Positions 18,324-26,620 of a DNA stretch of 32,000 bases are shown one piece after another (positions within the stretch are counted from its first letter, which is position 1; each line of letters begins with the position of its first letter). Below the pieces are notes generated by a model. That model had not been told where the DNA came from. It saw nothing but the letters and a program-made list of their open reading frames with translations, and did no database searches. Source of the DNA: Desulfocapsa sulfexigens DSM 10523 (lineage in GTDB: Bacteria; Desulfobacterota; Desulfobulbia; Desulfobulbales; Desulfocapsaceae); the NCBI RefSeq assembly GCF_000341395.1, contig NC_020304.1:2340001-2372000 (forward strand). The letters are read 5' to 3'. The translations under genes and the position numbers were made by a program.

Positions 18324-19263
18324 TTGCTATCCATTGTTGCATGGTTCTGACAGTAGTATAGGCTGGATCTGGCACAACGATAAAGCGGTCAATCCTGAGT
18401 TCCTTAAGTATTTTCATGCCCGCACTGTCCTTATGCATAGTAAGAAAAATAGTACGCAGTTCTTCTTTCAGGTGGCTATTAAGTTCTTTGGGAACCACCA
18501 CAGGTGGAATGCCGTAGGGCTCTGATTTTGAAATGATTTTCGTTTGAGATGTGTGGAGAGGGGTACTATGATCCATGTAGTCCCAGATAAGGCTGTCAAC
18601 GGCAGCACCGTCCACCATTTTTTTTGCGACGGCTTCTATTGATCTGTCGTGGCTGTAGGTATAGGTGACGTGGGAGAAAAAGCTGTCGCTGTTTTCACCC
18701 TCTTTTGCCAGCATATAACTCGGTGATAATTTACCAGTGTTTGACAAGGGATCGGTAAAGGCGAATGATTTTCCGCGCAGATCATTCAGAGTCTGTGCCT
18801 CACTTTCCTTTGGTACAATAATATAGGAGTAATATACGGGCTTACCGGAAACCACGGGAACGACCAGTAACTCCATGCCAAAGTCGTCGTGGCCTTCTAC
18901 GTAGGCACCGGTACAGACAAATGCGGCATCCAGCTTGTTTTCTTTAAGAAGCGTGTTCACCTCTTCATAGGTTTCCCGTTGTACAAGTTGCACGGGAAGA
19001 GATGTCTTTACAGAAATATAGTTAAGGATTTCCTTATAGAACGAAAATGTCTCTGTTGGGGAGATCATTGCCGATACTGCAATCTTTAGAGTCTGTTCAT
19101 TTTCTACGGTAGTTTGCGGGGTATGGATTCGTTCACTTTTCTGAAGGGAAATTTTTTTAATATCCTGGGCTTGCTCACATCCGACGACTTCAGAGAGTAG
19201 GGCAATCAGAAAGACAAGCAGTAAAAGGAGGCGGCTTTTTGAGTACATGAATTGTCTATTCAT
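18313..19263 (-). CDS. PhnD/phosphonate-type periplasmic substrate-binding lipoprotein
   Basis: Lipobox-like 'LLSEVVGC', 'LKIAVSAMISPTETFSFYKEILNYISVKTSLPVQLVQRETYEEVNTLLKENKLDAAFVCTGAYV', 'ALNDLRGKSFAFTDPLSNTGKLSPSYML'-type PhnD core. Overlaps kinase start by 11 nt. Confidence 0.85.
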   Translation of the reverse strand: MNRQFMYSKSRLLLLLVFLIALLSEVVGCEQAQDIKKISLQKSERIHTPQTTVENEQTLKIAVSAMISPTETFSFYKEILNYISVKTSLPVQLVQRETYEEVNTLLKENKLDAAFVCTGAYVEGHDDFGMELLVVPVVSGKPVYYSYIIVPKESEAQTLNDLRGKSFAFTDPLSNTGKLSPSYMLAKEGENSDSFFSHVTYTYSHDRSIEAVAKKMVDGAAVDSLIWDYMDHSTPLHTSQTKIISKSEPYGIPPVVVPKELNSHLKEELRTIFLTMHKDSAGMKILKELRIDRFIVVPDPAYTTVRTMQQWIANEQ

Positions 19264-19486
19264 TTGTATGTTTTTTGTCTGGTTTCTTGAATTGTAGCAG
19301 ATTATCAGACCAGAGAGTAATTGAATCCTACTTTAATCGGTTTCTTATCTCCAGTATTCCTTTCTAGTACAAAAAACGTCGGTATCGTCACACTCCCTAT
19401 AACCGTCACAAACAATCGTTTGAACACCACTTTATTATTACAGGAGGTTCTGATTTGAGTACCGGCTCCCTTTTCGTTTATCGCTA

Positions 19487-19870
19487 TCAGTGACTGTGTG
19501 CGCAGGGAACGGCTGTTTTTGAAGTTTTCATTATAACGGCTTCAAGTTCGGTTATTTCTTCATCCTGAAAGGCTATGAATCGCGGATGGAGTGCATATGC
19601 TTCCCGAAGGATCGTATTGTCCTTCAGAATCAAAATGAGACGAAACTCACTGAGGTCATTTCTTAGGCAAAGCAGTTCTTTTAAAACCTCTTTATCGGTT
19701 AAATAGAGGAGAAGTAAATCGCCGCTGCGCATCCTGAAGGCCAGGGGAGAAAGAAAAAGTGATCCTGCGGGGAGAACCGTCATGGATTGAAGAACCGGAA
19801 GTTCCAGCAATCGTTTTACGCACTGTCTAGCGGTCCTTGATCTACAGGTTGTATAAAAAAAAATATTCAT
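19487..19870 (-). CDS. Small hypothetical protein, possibly a degenerate receiver-like alpha/beta domain
   Basis: 127 aa; alternating hydrophobic strands and helices, e.g. 'GDLLLLYLTDKEVLKELLCLRNDLSEFRLILILKDNTILREAYALHPRFIAFQDEEITELEAVIM'. No phospho-acceptor signature evident and no strong RBS. Confidence 0.5.
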   Translation of the reverse strand: MNIFFYTTCRSRTARQCVKRLLELPVLQSMTVLPAGSLFLSPLAFRMRSGDLLLLYLTDKEVLKELLCLRNDLSEFRLILILKDNTILREAYALHPRFIAFQDEEITELEAVIMKTSKTAVPCAHSH

Positions 19871-20011
19871 GCAGGCTGTTTAGCAAAAAACAGGCCACGT
19901 GGGAAGTTGGTCCGGGTTCTGTTGTTTTGTGAGTACTATCAGTATGATATGTGATTGATTGTTTGGCTGTTTTTTGAATAGAGTAGCTACAATAGCGACC
20001 AATGTCTATTA

Positions 20012-20034
20012 TTGTAGCCATTGGATGGCTACAA
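20012..20034. repeat. 10-bp perfect inverted repeat with 3-nt loop
   Basis: TTGTAGCCAT-TGG-ATGGCTACAA. Confidence 0.85.
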
Positions 20035-20073
20035 AAGCAGCCATTGATGTTCGGCAAAAGAAGAGTGAGTTAT

Positions 20074-21477
20074 TCAGGATGGATCAAGTAAGCCATGTTT
20101 TTCGCGTAACTGATAAAGGCGCGCTCTTGAGAGGTGGGAAATCTGACAGGCTACTGTTATGTTTCCATTGGTATGGCGCATGAGATCATAAATATATTGA
20201 CGCTCGTAATTATTTTTGTACTCACTCCAGGGGAGTGGTATGAGCTCTTCTGGTGTTTGAGAAACTTCCGGGGAAGAGTGGTGCGGCGGGGATGTGTGTA
20301 TTGCCGCTTGAGCCTGTTGGATACGGAAGTGTTCAGGCAGGTGATAGGCAAATAATGTGGGCGTCCTTACTGTGCTGGCGACTACCCGTTCCAGAGTCTG
20401 TTGCAATTCTCTTACGTTTCCGGGCCAGTCATAGGCGGTAAGGTGTTCTATGAAATCCGGTGAAATTCCCTGGTAATCAAGCTTTGATCGATCCCACATC
20501 CGGGCTAGAAAATATCTGATCAGGGGCTTAATGTCTTCCTTTCTGTCCCGCAGGGGAGGGAGGGCGCAAGAGAGGGCCCTTAAACGATACAGGAGGTCGT
20601 TTCGAAATGATCCATTGTTTATGCTGCTCTCTATATCAATGTTTGTTGCGGCAATGACTCTGAAGTCACTCTTTTTTTCATGGGTTGATCCAATGGGTCT
20701 ATAGCTGTGTTCCTGCAACACGCGTAAAAAGGTTTTCTGTACGTTCAGGGGAAGTTCTCCGACTTCGTCAAGAAACAGGGTTCCTCCATTGGCGAGTTGG
20801 ACAAGTCCTTCCCTGTTATTTTCAGCTCCTGTAAAAGAGCCTTTTACATATCCAAACAGAGTGCTTTCAATGAGATTTTCCGGGAGAGAGGCACAGTCAA
20901 CAGTTACAAAATTATGGTCTGCACGTCTACTGTTCTCGTGGATGGCCCTGGCAAAAAGTTCTTTTCCCGTCCCTGTTTCACCGGTAATTAAGACACTGGC
21001 ATCGGAAAGTGCCGCTTCAGCGACCCTGTCGAGGCATTTTGTGAGCTGGGGACTGTTTCCAATAATGGCGTCACGCTTGAGGACAAGTGGTATCTTTTCC
21101 GCTCTGTTTTTTTCTTTTTGATACTGCTCTACCCGTGCAATATGAAGGACTAATTCTTTAAGTACATGCGGTTTTTCGATGTAACCCCATGCCCCGCTAA
21201 CGATGGCCTTTTCTGCGCCGTCTTTATCACCCTTTCCAGTTATGATGATAACTTCTGGAGAGGATGACGCATTTTTAAATCTGGGAATGTATTCCAGGCC
21301 GTTGCCATCGGGGAGCTGGACGTCAAGTAGGACAATATCGTACTTTCCTGAAAGAACCTGCTGAAGTCCCTCGGTGAGAGTGGATGCACAGTCTGTCCTA
21401 TGTCCCGAGGACTGCAGTTGCCGGACAAGCATCTGCTGCAGCATAATATCGTCATCTACAATAAATATATCAGCCAT
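20074..21477 (-). CDS. NtrC-family sigma54-dependent response regulator (receiver, AAA+, Fis-type HTH)
   Basis: 'IFIVDDDIMLQQMLVRQL...DIVLLDVQLPDGNG', 'GETGTGKELFARAIH', 'STLFGYVKGSFTGAENN', 'GGTLFLDEVGELPL', C-terminal 'NGNITVACQISHLSRARLYQLREKHGL'. Confidence 0.96.
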   Translation of the reverse strand: MADIFIVDDDIMLQQMLVRQLQSSGHRTDCASTLTEGLQQVLSGKYDIVLLDVQLPDGNGLEYIPRFKNASSSPEVIIITGKGDKDGAEKAIVSGAWGYIEKPHVLKELVLHIARVEQYQKEKNRAEKIPLVLKRDAIIGNSPQLTKCLDRVAEAALSDASVLITGETGTGKELFARAIHENSRRADHNFVTVDCASLPENLIESTLFGYVKGSFTGAENNREGLVQLANGGTLFLDEVGELPLNVQKTFLRVLQEHSYRPIGSTHEKKSDFRVIAATNIDIESSINNGSFRNDLLYRLRALSCALPPLRDRKEDIKPLIRYFLARMWDRSKLDYQGISPDFIEHLTAYDWPGNVRELQQTLERVVASTVRTPTLFAYHLPEHFRIQQAQAAIHTSPPHHSSPEVSQTPEELIPLPWSEYKNNYERQYIYDLMRHTNGNITVACQISHLSRARLYQLREKHGLLDPS

Positions 21478-21501
21478 GAATAGCTACCGTTGAGAGGATG
21501 T

Positions 21502-23559
21502 TCATACCTTTCCTGTTTTTCTTTGTCTTTTAATCTTGTACATAGCCTGATCTGCCAGGCGCAGAAGAGATTCCATGTCTTCCTCCTTTTCTGGGTGGGA
21601 CTGGACAACCCCGATACTCAGGGACAGGGAAAAGGTTTCGTCGGAGTTCTTCCTCCACTGGCTTAGGTTGTCCTGGAAGCGATCCACTATGTTTTCCTTC
21701 TCTTTAGCTGATACGTCAAAGAGTAAAACTGCAAACTCGTCTCCGCCCAGTCGCCCGATAATATCAGTTTCTCTGTAGGTATTCATGAGGAGTTTTGCAG
21801 TTTCCTGAAGAACAAGATCCCCTTTTTCATGTCCAAACTCATCATTGATATGTTTCATGTTGTCCAGATCGGCAAAGAGCAGGAAAAGAATGTTTTTCTG
21901 GCGTTTTGCGAGACGAAGCATCTTTTCTGCACTGCGGATAAAACCACGTCGGTTCATCAGACCAGTCAGGGGATCAGTACGTGCCTGTTTTTTTAATTGT
22001 TGTTCAAATTCTTTACGGTCAGAGATGTCTTTGAAGTCTTCTATGATTCCAATGACCTTATTGTTGCTGTTCCGGTATGGTGTTGCTGTAATGATAAATG
22101 GTATCTTTCTGCCATTCGAGAACTCTTTGACTGACTCATATTCGATCCACTCCTCCCCTTCGCTTACTATACGCTCAAGAGGGCAATTACTTCCCATACA
22201 GGAGGGACCACCAAAAACTTCGTAGCACTTGAGGGCTAATACCTCCTGCTTCTCCATGTCACTCATGTGAAGGAAGCGTCCATTAACCCGTAGCACATTG
22301 TGGTCTTTATCCACCACACGCATACCATCAGCTGCAGTGTTGAAAATCTGCTCCATTTCTGCATGGGATTTACCGAGTTCTTTTTCGGCTTCCTTGAGCT
22401 GTGTCAGTTGAAAGAAAATTTTATTTGTGGACCAGCGATAGAGAAACAAAATAATAAAGATAAGTACGCTGCCTATAAAGTAGGAGATGATATAGCCACG
22501 CTCAATATAGGAAAAATTTGTATCCCTGGAATACCATGCCAGATATCCGATATCAGAATTGGTAATATTTTTTATAGGAAGGAACGAAACCAGGTAAGTC
22601 TGTCCGTCGACTTTCGTTGTTACGTTAAATGCTTCTCCACCCTGTAGCAGTTTTTCCGTATGGTTTTTGATCTTGTTGTCGATCGTATTCATGACTGCAG
22701 GAGGAATACCATCTGGATTGTGGAAATGGTTTTGTAGCTCTTCTGTATTGAGATCAGACTTTTGAATGAAGAAACGGCTGTTGAGGAAAGATGGTTGAAA
22801 ATTTGCCTTGCCCTCAGCGACTAATTTCTTCTCTGCAATCTCTTCTTTGACCAGAAGCTGATACCTGCCCTTTGACAGATTCTGGAGACTTTTACGGAAC
22901 TGTTGAAAGGAGATCCCGATTTCCGCACTTCCTAAAAATTTTTTCTCAGCATTAAAGAGAGGGTAGAGATAGCGAAAAGCATAAAAATGACGTCCCATTT
23001 CAAAGCCTTCAAGGAATTGTTGTTCCTGGGCAACGAGACGTATGCTTTCTCGTGTCTGAAGGAGATTGTCGCCGAACAGTTCTGGCTTATGCATTCGTAA
23101 AAAACTGTCTCCATTGGGGAGATGAAAATGAAGATGGAGAAAATCATTTTTTACAAGCATGAACATTGGCTGGATTTCAGCGAAAAGGTTCTGCCTCAGA
23201 GATATTTTATCCTCTTCAGAGGCCCCGCCTGCCTGCTCCATAAATGACAGAATTGGTGGTTGATTTACTTCAGTCTGGAAAAAAGAATTTGAGAGATCCC
23301 GATAATGTGAAAGAGTAAATTCAAGAACGGTCTCAAGTTCCGATGAAAATTGCTGTTGATAACTATACAGCACCTGTTTTTTGCCGTAGGACAGCAGTCC
23401 TGCCAGAATGAACTGTAACAGAATAAAGAGCAGCAGGTAGGTTAGAAATGAAAGCTGACGGGCAAAGGTGATCATGTAGTGTGAAGGGGTTGAAGATAGT
23501 CTCCAGAATGGTAAACAAAATTCTCTCTTCAGTAGCTCATACTTGGGAGAATAAATCAA
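21502..23559 (-). CDS. Membrane-anchored PAS-GGDEF diguanylate cyclase; start possibly ATG 23475
   Basis: 'DIIGRLGGDEFAVLLFDVS' active site, PAS domain, periplasmic region between TM segments 'QLSFLTYLLLFILLQFILAGLL' and 'GYIISYFIGSVLIFIILFLYRW'. Confidence 0.93.
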   Translation of the reverse strand: MIYSPKYELLKREFCLPFWRLSSTPSHYMITFARQLSFLTYLLLFILLQFILAGLLSYGKKQVLYSYQQQFSSELETVLEFTLSHYRDLSNSFFQTEVNQPPILSFMEQAGGASEEDKISLRQNLFAEIQPMFMLVKNDFLHLHFHLPNGDSFLRMHKPELFGDNLLQTRESIRLVAQEQQFLEGFEMGRHFYAFRYLYPLFNAEKKFLGSAEIGISFQQFRKSLQNLSKGRYQLLVKEEIAEKKLVAEGKANFQPSFLNSRFFIQKSDLNTEELQNHFHNPDGIPPAVMNTIDNKIKNHTEKLLQGGEAFNVTTKVDGQTYLVSFLPIKNITNSDIGYLAWYSRDTNFSYIERGYIISYFIGSVLIFIILFLYRWSTNKIFFQLTQLKEAEKELGKSHAEMEQIFNTAADGMRVVDKDHNVLRVNGRFLHMSDMEKQEVLALKCYEVFGGPSCMGSNCPLERIVSEGEEWIEYESVKEFSNGRKIPFIITATPYRNSNNKVIGIIEDFKDISDRKEFEQQLKKQARTDPLTGLMNRRGFIRSAEKMLRLAKRQKNILFLLFADLDNMKHINDEFGHEKGDLVLQETAKLLMNTYRETDIIGRLGGDEFAVLLFDVSAKEKENIVDRFQDNLSQWRKNSDETFSLSLSIGVVQSHPEKEEDMESLLRLADQAMYKIKRQRKTGKV

Positions 23560-23661
23560 GAAGTTGTTTTTTTTTTAGGCAATCTGACTAGGTGGTGTGT
23601 TTAAGAGTTAATACTCTCGCTTTCATGGAGTGATTGCACTGCTGTATAAGAAGAAAGCAGT

Positions 23662-24327
23662 CTATCGGAAGTATCGGGTGAATGACTTTGTTTCCTCACG
23701 GGGGGTACGATAACTGTTGATCTGGGCCTCCTTGTCCTCATATCCCAGAGCCATACCACAAAGCAGGATTGTATCCTGCGGATAGCCCAGTGTGCTCTTA
23801 ATAATTTCAGGATAATCGGCAAGGGATGCCTGGGTACAGGTTGCCAGGTTATAATCCAGAGCTGCAAGCATCACCGATTGCAGGAACATACCGCAGTCAA
23901 GATATGATCCCGTTTCCATTGCAGAGTCCATAAAAAAAAGCAGCATCACTGGGGCATCGAAGGAGCGATAGTTTGCAGCCCATTGATCAAGACGGCGCTG
24001 CTTGTCACGCCGTGCTATGTTAAGAGTGTCGTACATCTGCTGTCCGCAATGGATACGACGAAGTTTGTATGGATTTTCCCATTCCTTTGGATAGTACTGG
24101 TAGTCAGCATTTCCTCTATCACCTCTTCGGAAACTCTGCTCTATCTGCTGTTGCAGCTTCTTTTTTGTTTCTCCCGAGACAACAGCCACCTGCCAGGGCT
24201 GAATATTGGCACCAGATGGTGCGTGGCTGGCGGCAGCAAGGATGGCATTAATCTTTTCTTCTTCAACGTCCTTGTTAAGAAAAGCACGTACTGATCGTCG
24301 TTGTTGCAGGGCTTCAATTGTATTCAT
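23662..24327 (-). CDS. Nitroreductase-family protein
   Basis: From ATG 24327: MNTIEALQQRRSVRAFLNKDVEEEKINAILAAASHAPSGANIQPWQ..., C-terminal 'LLCGMALGYEDKEAQINSYRTPREE'. The supplied ORF start 24396 lies across a terminator hairpin. Confidence 0.92.
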   Translation of the reverse strand: MNTIEALQQRRSVRAFLNKDVEEEKINAILAAASHAPSGANIQPWQVAVVSGETKKKLQQQIEQSFRRGDRGNADYQYYPKEWENPYKLRRIHCGQQMYDTLNIARRDKQRRLDQWAANYRSFDAPVMLLFFMDSAMETGSYLDCGMFLQSVMLAALDYNLATCTQASLADYPEIIKSTLGYPQDTILLCGMALGYEDKEAQINSYRTPREETKSFTRYFR

Positions 24328-24372
24328 GGTGAAAATCCAGCTTGATACTGGTGTCCGGCTGTATGGAAGAAT

Positions 24373-24403
24373 AAAAAAAGCCCCTGTGCAGAACACAGAG
24401 GCT
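24373..24403 (-). terminator. Rho-independent terminator of the rubrerythrin gene
   Basis: Minus strand AGCCTCTGTG-TTCTG-CACAGGGGCT followed by TTTTTTAT. Confidence 0.88.
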
Positions 24404-24447
24404 TCAGAGGCTTAACTCAGTGAGGCTGCTTTAAAACTCATTTTGTT

Positions 24448-24993
24448 TTAGGCGAAGTATCTTTCCAGCAGGCCCTTAAAGGCCATACCGTGTCGGGCTT
24501 CATCTTTGCACATCTCATGGACAGTGTCATGGATGGCATCAAGATTCTGTTTCTTGGCTTCAACAGCAAGGTCTTTTTTTCCCTGACATGCGCCATGCTC
24601 TGCGGCAACTCGTGCTTCAAGGTTTTCCTTAGTGGATGCGACAACTACTTCACCTAGCATTTCGGCGAATTTAGAGGCATGCTCCGCCTCTTCCCATGCA
24701 ATACGTTTGTAGGCTTCAGCGACTTCAGGGTAGCCTTCGCGGTCTGCCTGACGACTCATGGCAAGATACATGCCGACCTCGGTACATTCACCGGTAAAGT
24801 TAGCACGTAAGCCCTCAATAATTGCCGGATCAACATCCTTGGCAACACCAATTACATGCTCATCAGCCCATGCCATTTCCCCTTCCACAGCTTCTTTAAA
24901 CTTATCAGCGCTTGCGCCGCACTGTGGGCATTTATCTGGTGCACTGTCACCTTCATGGGTATAGCCACAGACTGAACAAGTAAATTTTTTCAT
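24448..24993 (-). CDS. Reverse-type rubrerythrin (N-terminal rubredoxin-like domain, C-terminal ferritin-like di-iron domain)
   Basis: '[32 protein letters not shown]' then '[22 protein letters not shown]' and '[18 protein letters not shown]'. GGAG upstream of ATGATG. Confidence 0.92.
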   Translation of the reverse strand: MKKFTCSVCGYTHEGDSAPDKCPQCGASADKFKEAVEGEMAWADEHVIGVAKDVDPAIIEGLRANFTGECTEVGMYLAMSRQADREGYPEVAEAYKRIAWEEAEHASKFAEMLGEVVVASTKENLEARVAAEHGACQGKKDLAVEAKKQNLDAIHDTVHEMCKDEARHGMAFKGLLERYFA

Positions 24994-25154
24994 CATAATT
25001 CTCCATGTTGTTGTTAATGTATTCATATAAATAACTATTCCCACATGGTATCAATTTCTAAAATAATTGCAAGAAAATAGTGAGTACTTTTTTGAATTTT
25101 CTATCGTTTATTGTGAAGAATTTCGAGAAGGTACTTACACTGGCTTGTTTCCCC

Positions 25155-26585
25155 TTATGTATTCCCGGTGGTTGATTCGTTATCTTCCTGCTGCTTAGGG
25201 GAAAAATCTTTATCTAAGATGGTTTTTGCCTGGTTGATGAGATCCATTGCAGCCTTACCACCCATGGTTTCGGGAACTGAATTACCAAGAATTGCAGAAA
25301 AAATTTCCCGGTAATTCAGTTTTTCTGCAGGGCCTGACGGGAGGAGGCGTCCCTTTTCTGTACTGACAACCGTCTGTGACAGTAGGAGTTTTTCCAGGCT
25401 GCTGAAGAGAAGTGTGGCGGAATATGCAGGGTAATGGATGGGCAGTTCTTTTCTATGCAATGGCGTTTTTCTGCTGTAATAGTCATAGATGGTGTTCAGA
25501 ATGTCAAAGGCAGCGCTCAGTTGTTCAAGTGGTGAATGAGTGAGTTTTTTTAACTGATACTTCCGGTGCTGTTGACAAGCAAAGGCCAGTTGGGCCCCCC
25601 CTAGTATAAAAACCCAGCCAAGGAACATCCATACCAGGAAAAGTGGCAAGGTGGCAAAAGAGCCATAGATTGCATTATATTTGGAAACTCCAATTTGGAG
25701 ACCGATATACAGATTCTGGGTGAGAAACCAGAGAGTACCCGCGAAGAGAGCGCCGACAAAGGCAGGCCCGAGCTTTACTTTGGTGTTAGGAAAAAAAATG
25801 TAAATCAAAAAGAGGGTAAGGGTAATAAAAAAAAGTGGGATAAAAAGCAGCAGGCCGGTTTCTATCCAGGGGCCAGGGAGAAAGTTTAGAAATTTATCGA
25901 GTAGCATGTCATTTTTCAGCACTGCATTGGCGGCAAATCCAAAGTTGATCGAGAGTGGCATGAGGATAAGGAATGTGAGGTAATCCGTAACCTTTCTGAG
26001 CAGTGATCTTCCCGAGGAAACATGCCATATGGTATTCATCGAAAGTTCGATGTTGGAGAGTACCAGGATAGCACTGAGGAGAACACCGAGAACACCAATC
26101 GAACCAAGAGTTGCAAAGTCTGTGTTGTCAACATAGGTGAACATCTGATCTGCTGCCGCCCGGAACTGATCGGTGAGTGGCTCATCTGTCTGGGGGGAGG
26201 TAATGGTTGTATCAGGCTGGCTGGCTTGTTCGCCTGGAAGTTTTTCAATTACTTCAGGTATGGCCAGGTGAGTAAGCGGTGTCGTTTCTTCAAGGGTATT
26301 CAGATAGCTGTAAACAACCTGTCGTAATTCATCTCCACCGCCAAGCCCTTTGACAACGGCGGTACCCATCGCGAGCATGGGAACCAGTGAAAGGAGTATG
26401 GTGTAGGTCAGGGCACTTGCACGAATGTTCAGATCATTGCTGTTGAATTCTTTGAATGTGATAAGGACGATCCGAATGAGAGTATGAAGCCAGGTCAGAG
26501 AGAAAGGAGCAGTCTGAAGTGGGGTGCTTGCCCAGTTAAGAAGTCGTCCAGTGACGGAAGAGCGTGCTGTTTTTTTATCTGACAT
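25155..26585 (-). CDS. YihY/BrkB-family inner membrane protein
   Basis: 476 aa. 'LNIRASALTYTILLSLVPMLAMGTAVVKGLGG', 'FIYIFFPNTKVKLGPAFVGALFAGTLWFLTQNLYIGLQIGVSKYNAIYGSFATLPLFLVWMFLGWVFILGGAQLAFA'. Confidence 0.93.
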   Translation of the reverse strand: MSDKKTARSSVTGRLLNWASTPLQTAPFSLTWLHTLIRIVLITFKEFNSNDLNIRASALTYTILLSLVPMLAMGTAVVKGLGGGDELRQVVYSYLNTLEETTPLTHLAIPEVIEKLPGEQASQPDTTITSPQTDEPLTDQFRAAADQMFTYVDNTDFATLGSIGVLGVLLSAILVLSNIELSMNTIWHVSSGRSLLRKVTDYLTFLILMPLSINFGFAANAVLKNDMLLDKFLNFLPGPWIETGLLLFIPLFFITLTLFLIYIFFPNTKVKLGPAFVGALFAGTLWFLTQNLYIGLQIGVSKYNAIYGSFATLPLFLVWMFLGWVFILGGAQLAFACQQHRKYQLKKLTHSPLEQLSAAFDILNTIYDYYSRKTPLHRKELPIHYPAYSATLLFSSLEKLLLSQTVVSTEKGRLLPSGPAEKLNYREIFSAILGNSVPETMGGKAAMDLINQAKTILDKDFSPKQQEDNESTTGNT

Positions 26586-26620
26586 AGGGGGGCTTCAGGA
26601 AGCCTGGGTGGTTTTGTTGT

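Noticed and set aside
19442-19493. AGGAGG followed by a TTG start, encoding a possible 12-aa leader peptide on the plus strand
   Set aside because: Good ribosome-binding sequence by chance is plausible; no downstream plus-strand gene and no regulatory stem were found.
24328-24396. Longer N-terminus for the minus-strand nitroreductase
   Set aside because: The extension spans the strong terminator hairpin at 24373-24403; ATG 24327 begins the conserved domain.
25045-25095. PerR/Fur-like operator (CAATTATTTTAGAAATTG on the minus strand) upstream of the rubrerythrin gene
   Set aside because: Only a short AT-rich imperfect symmetry; it does not match a known box well enough to support.
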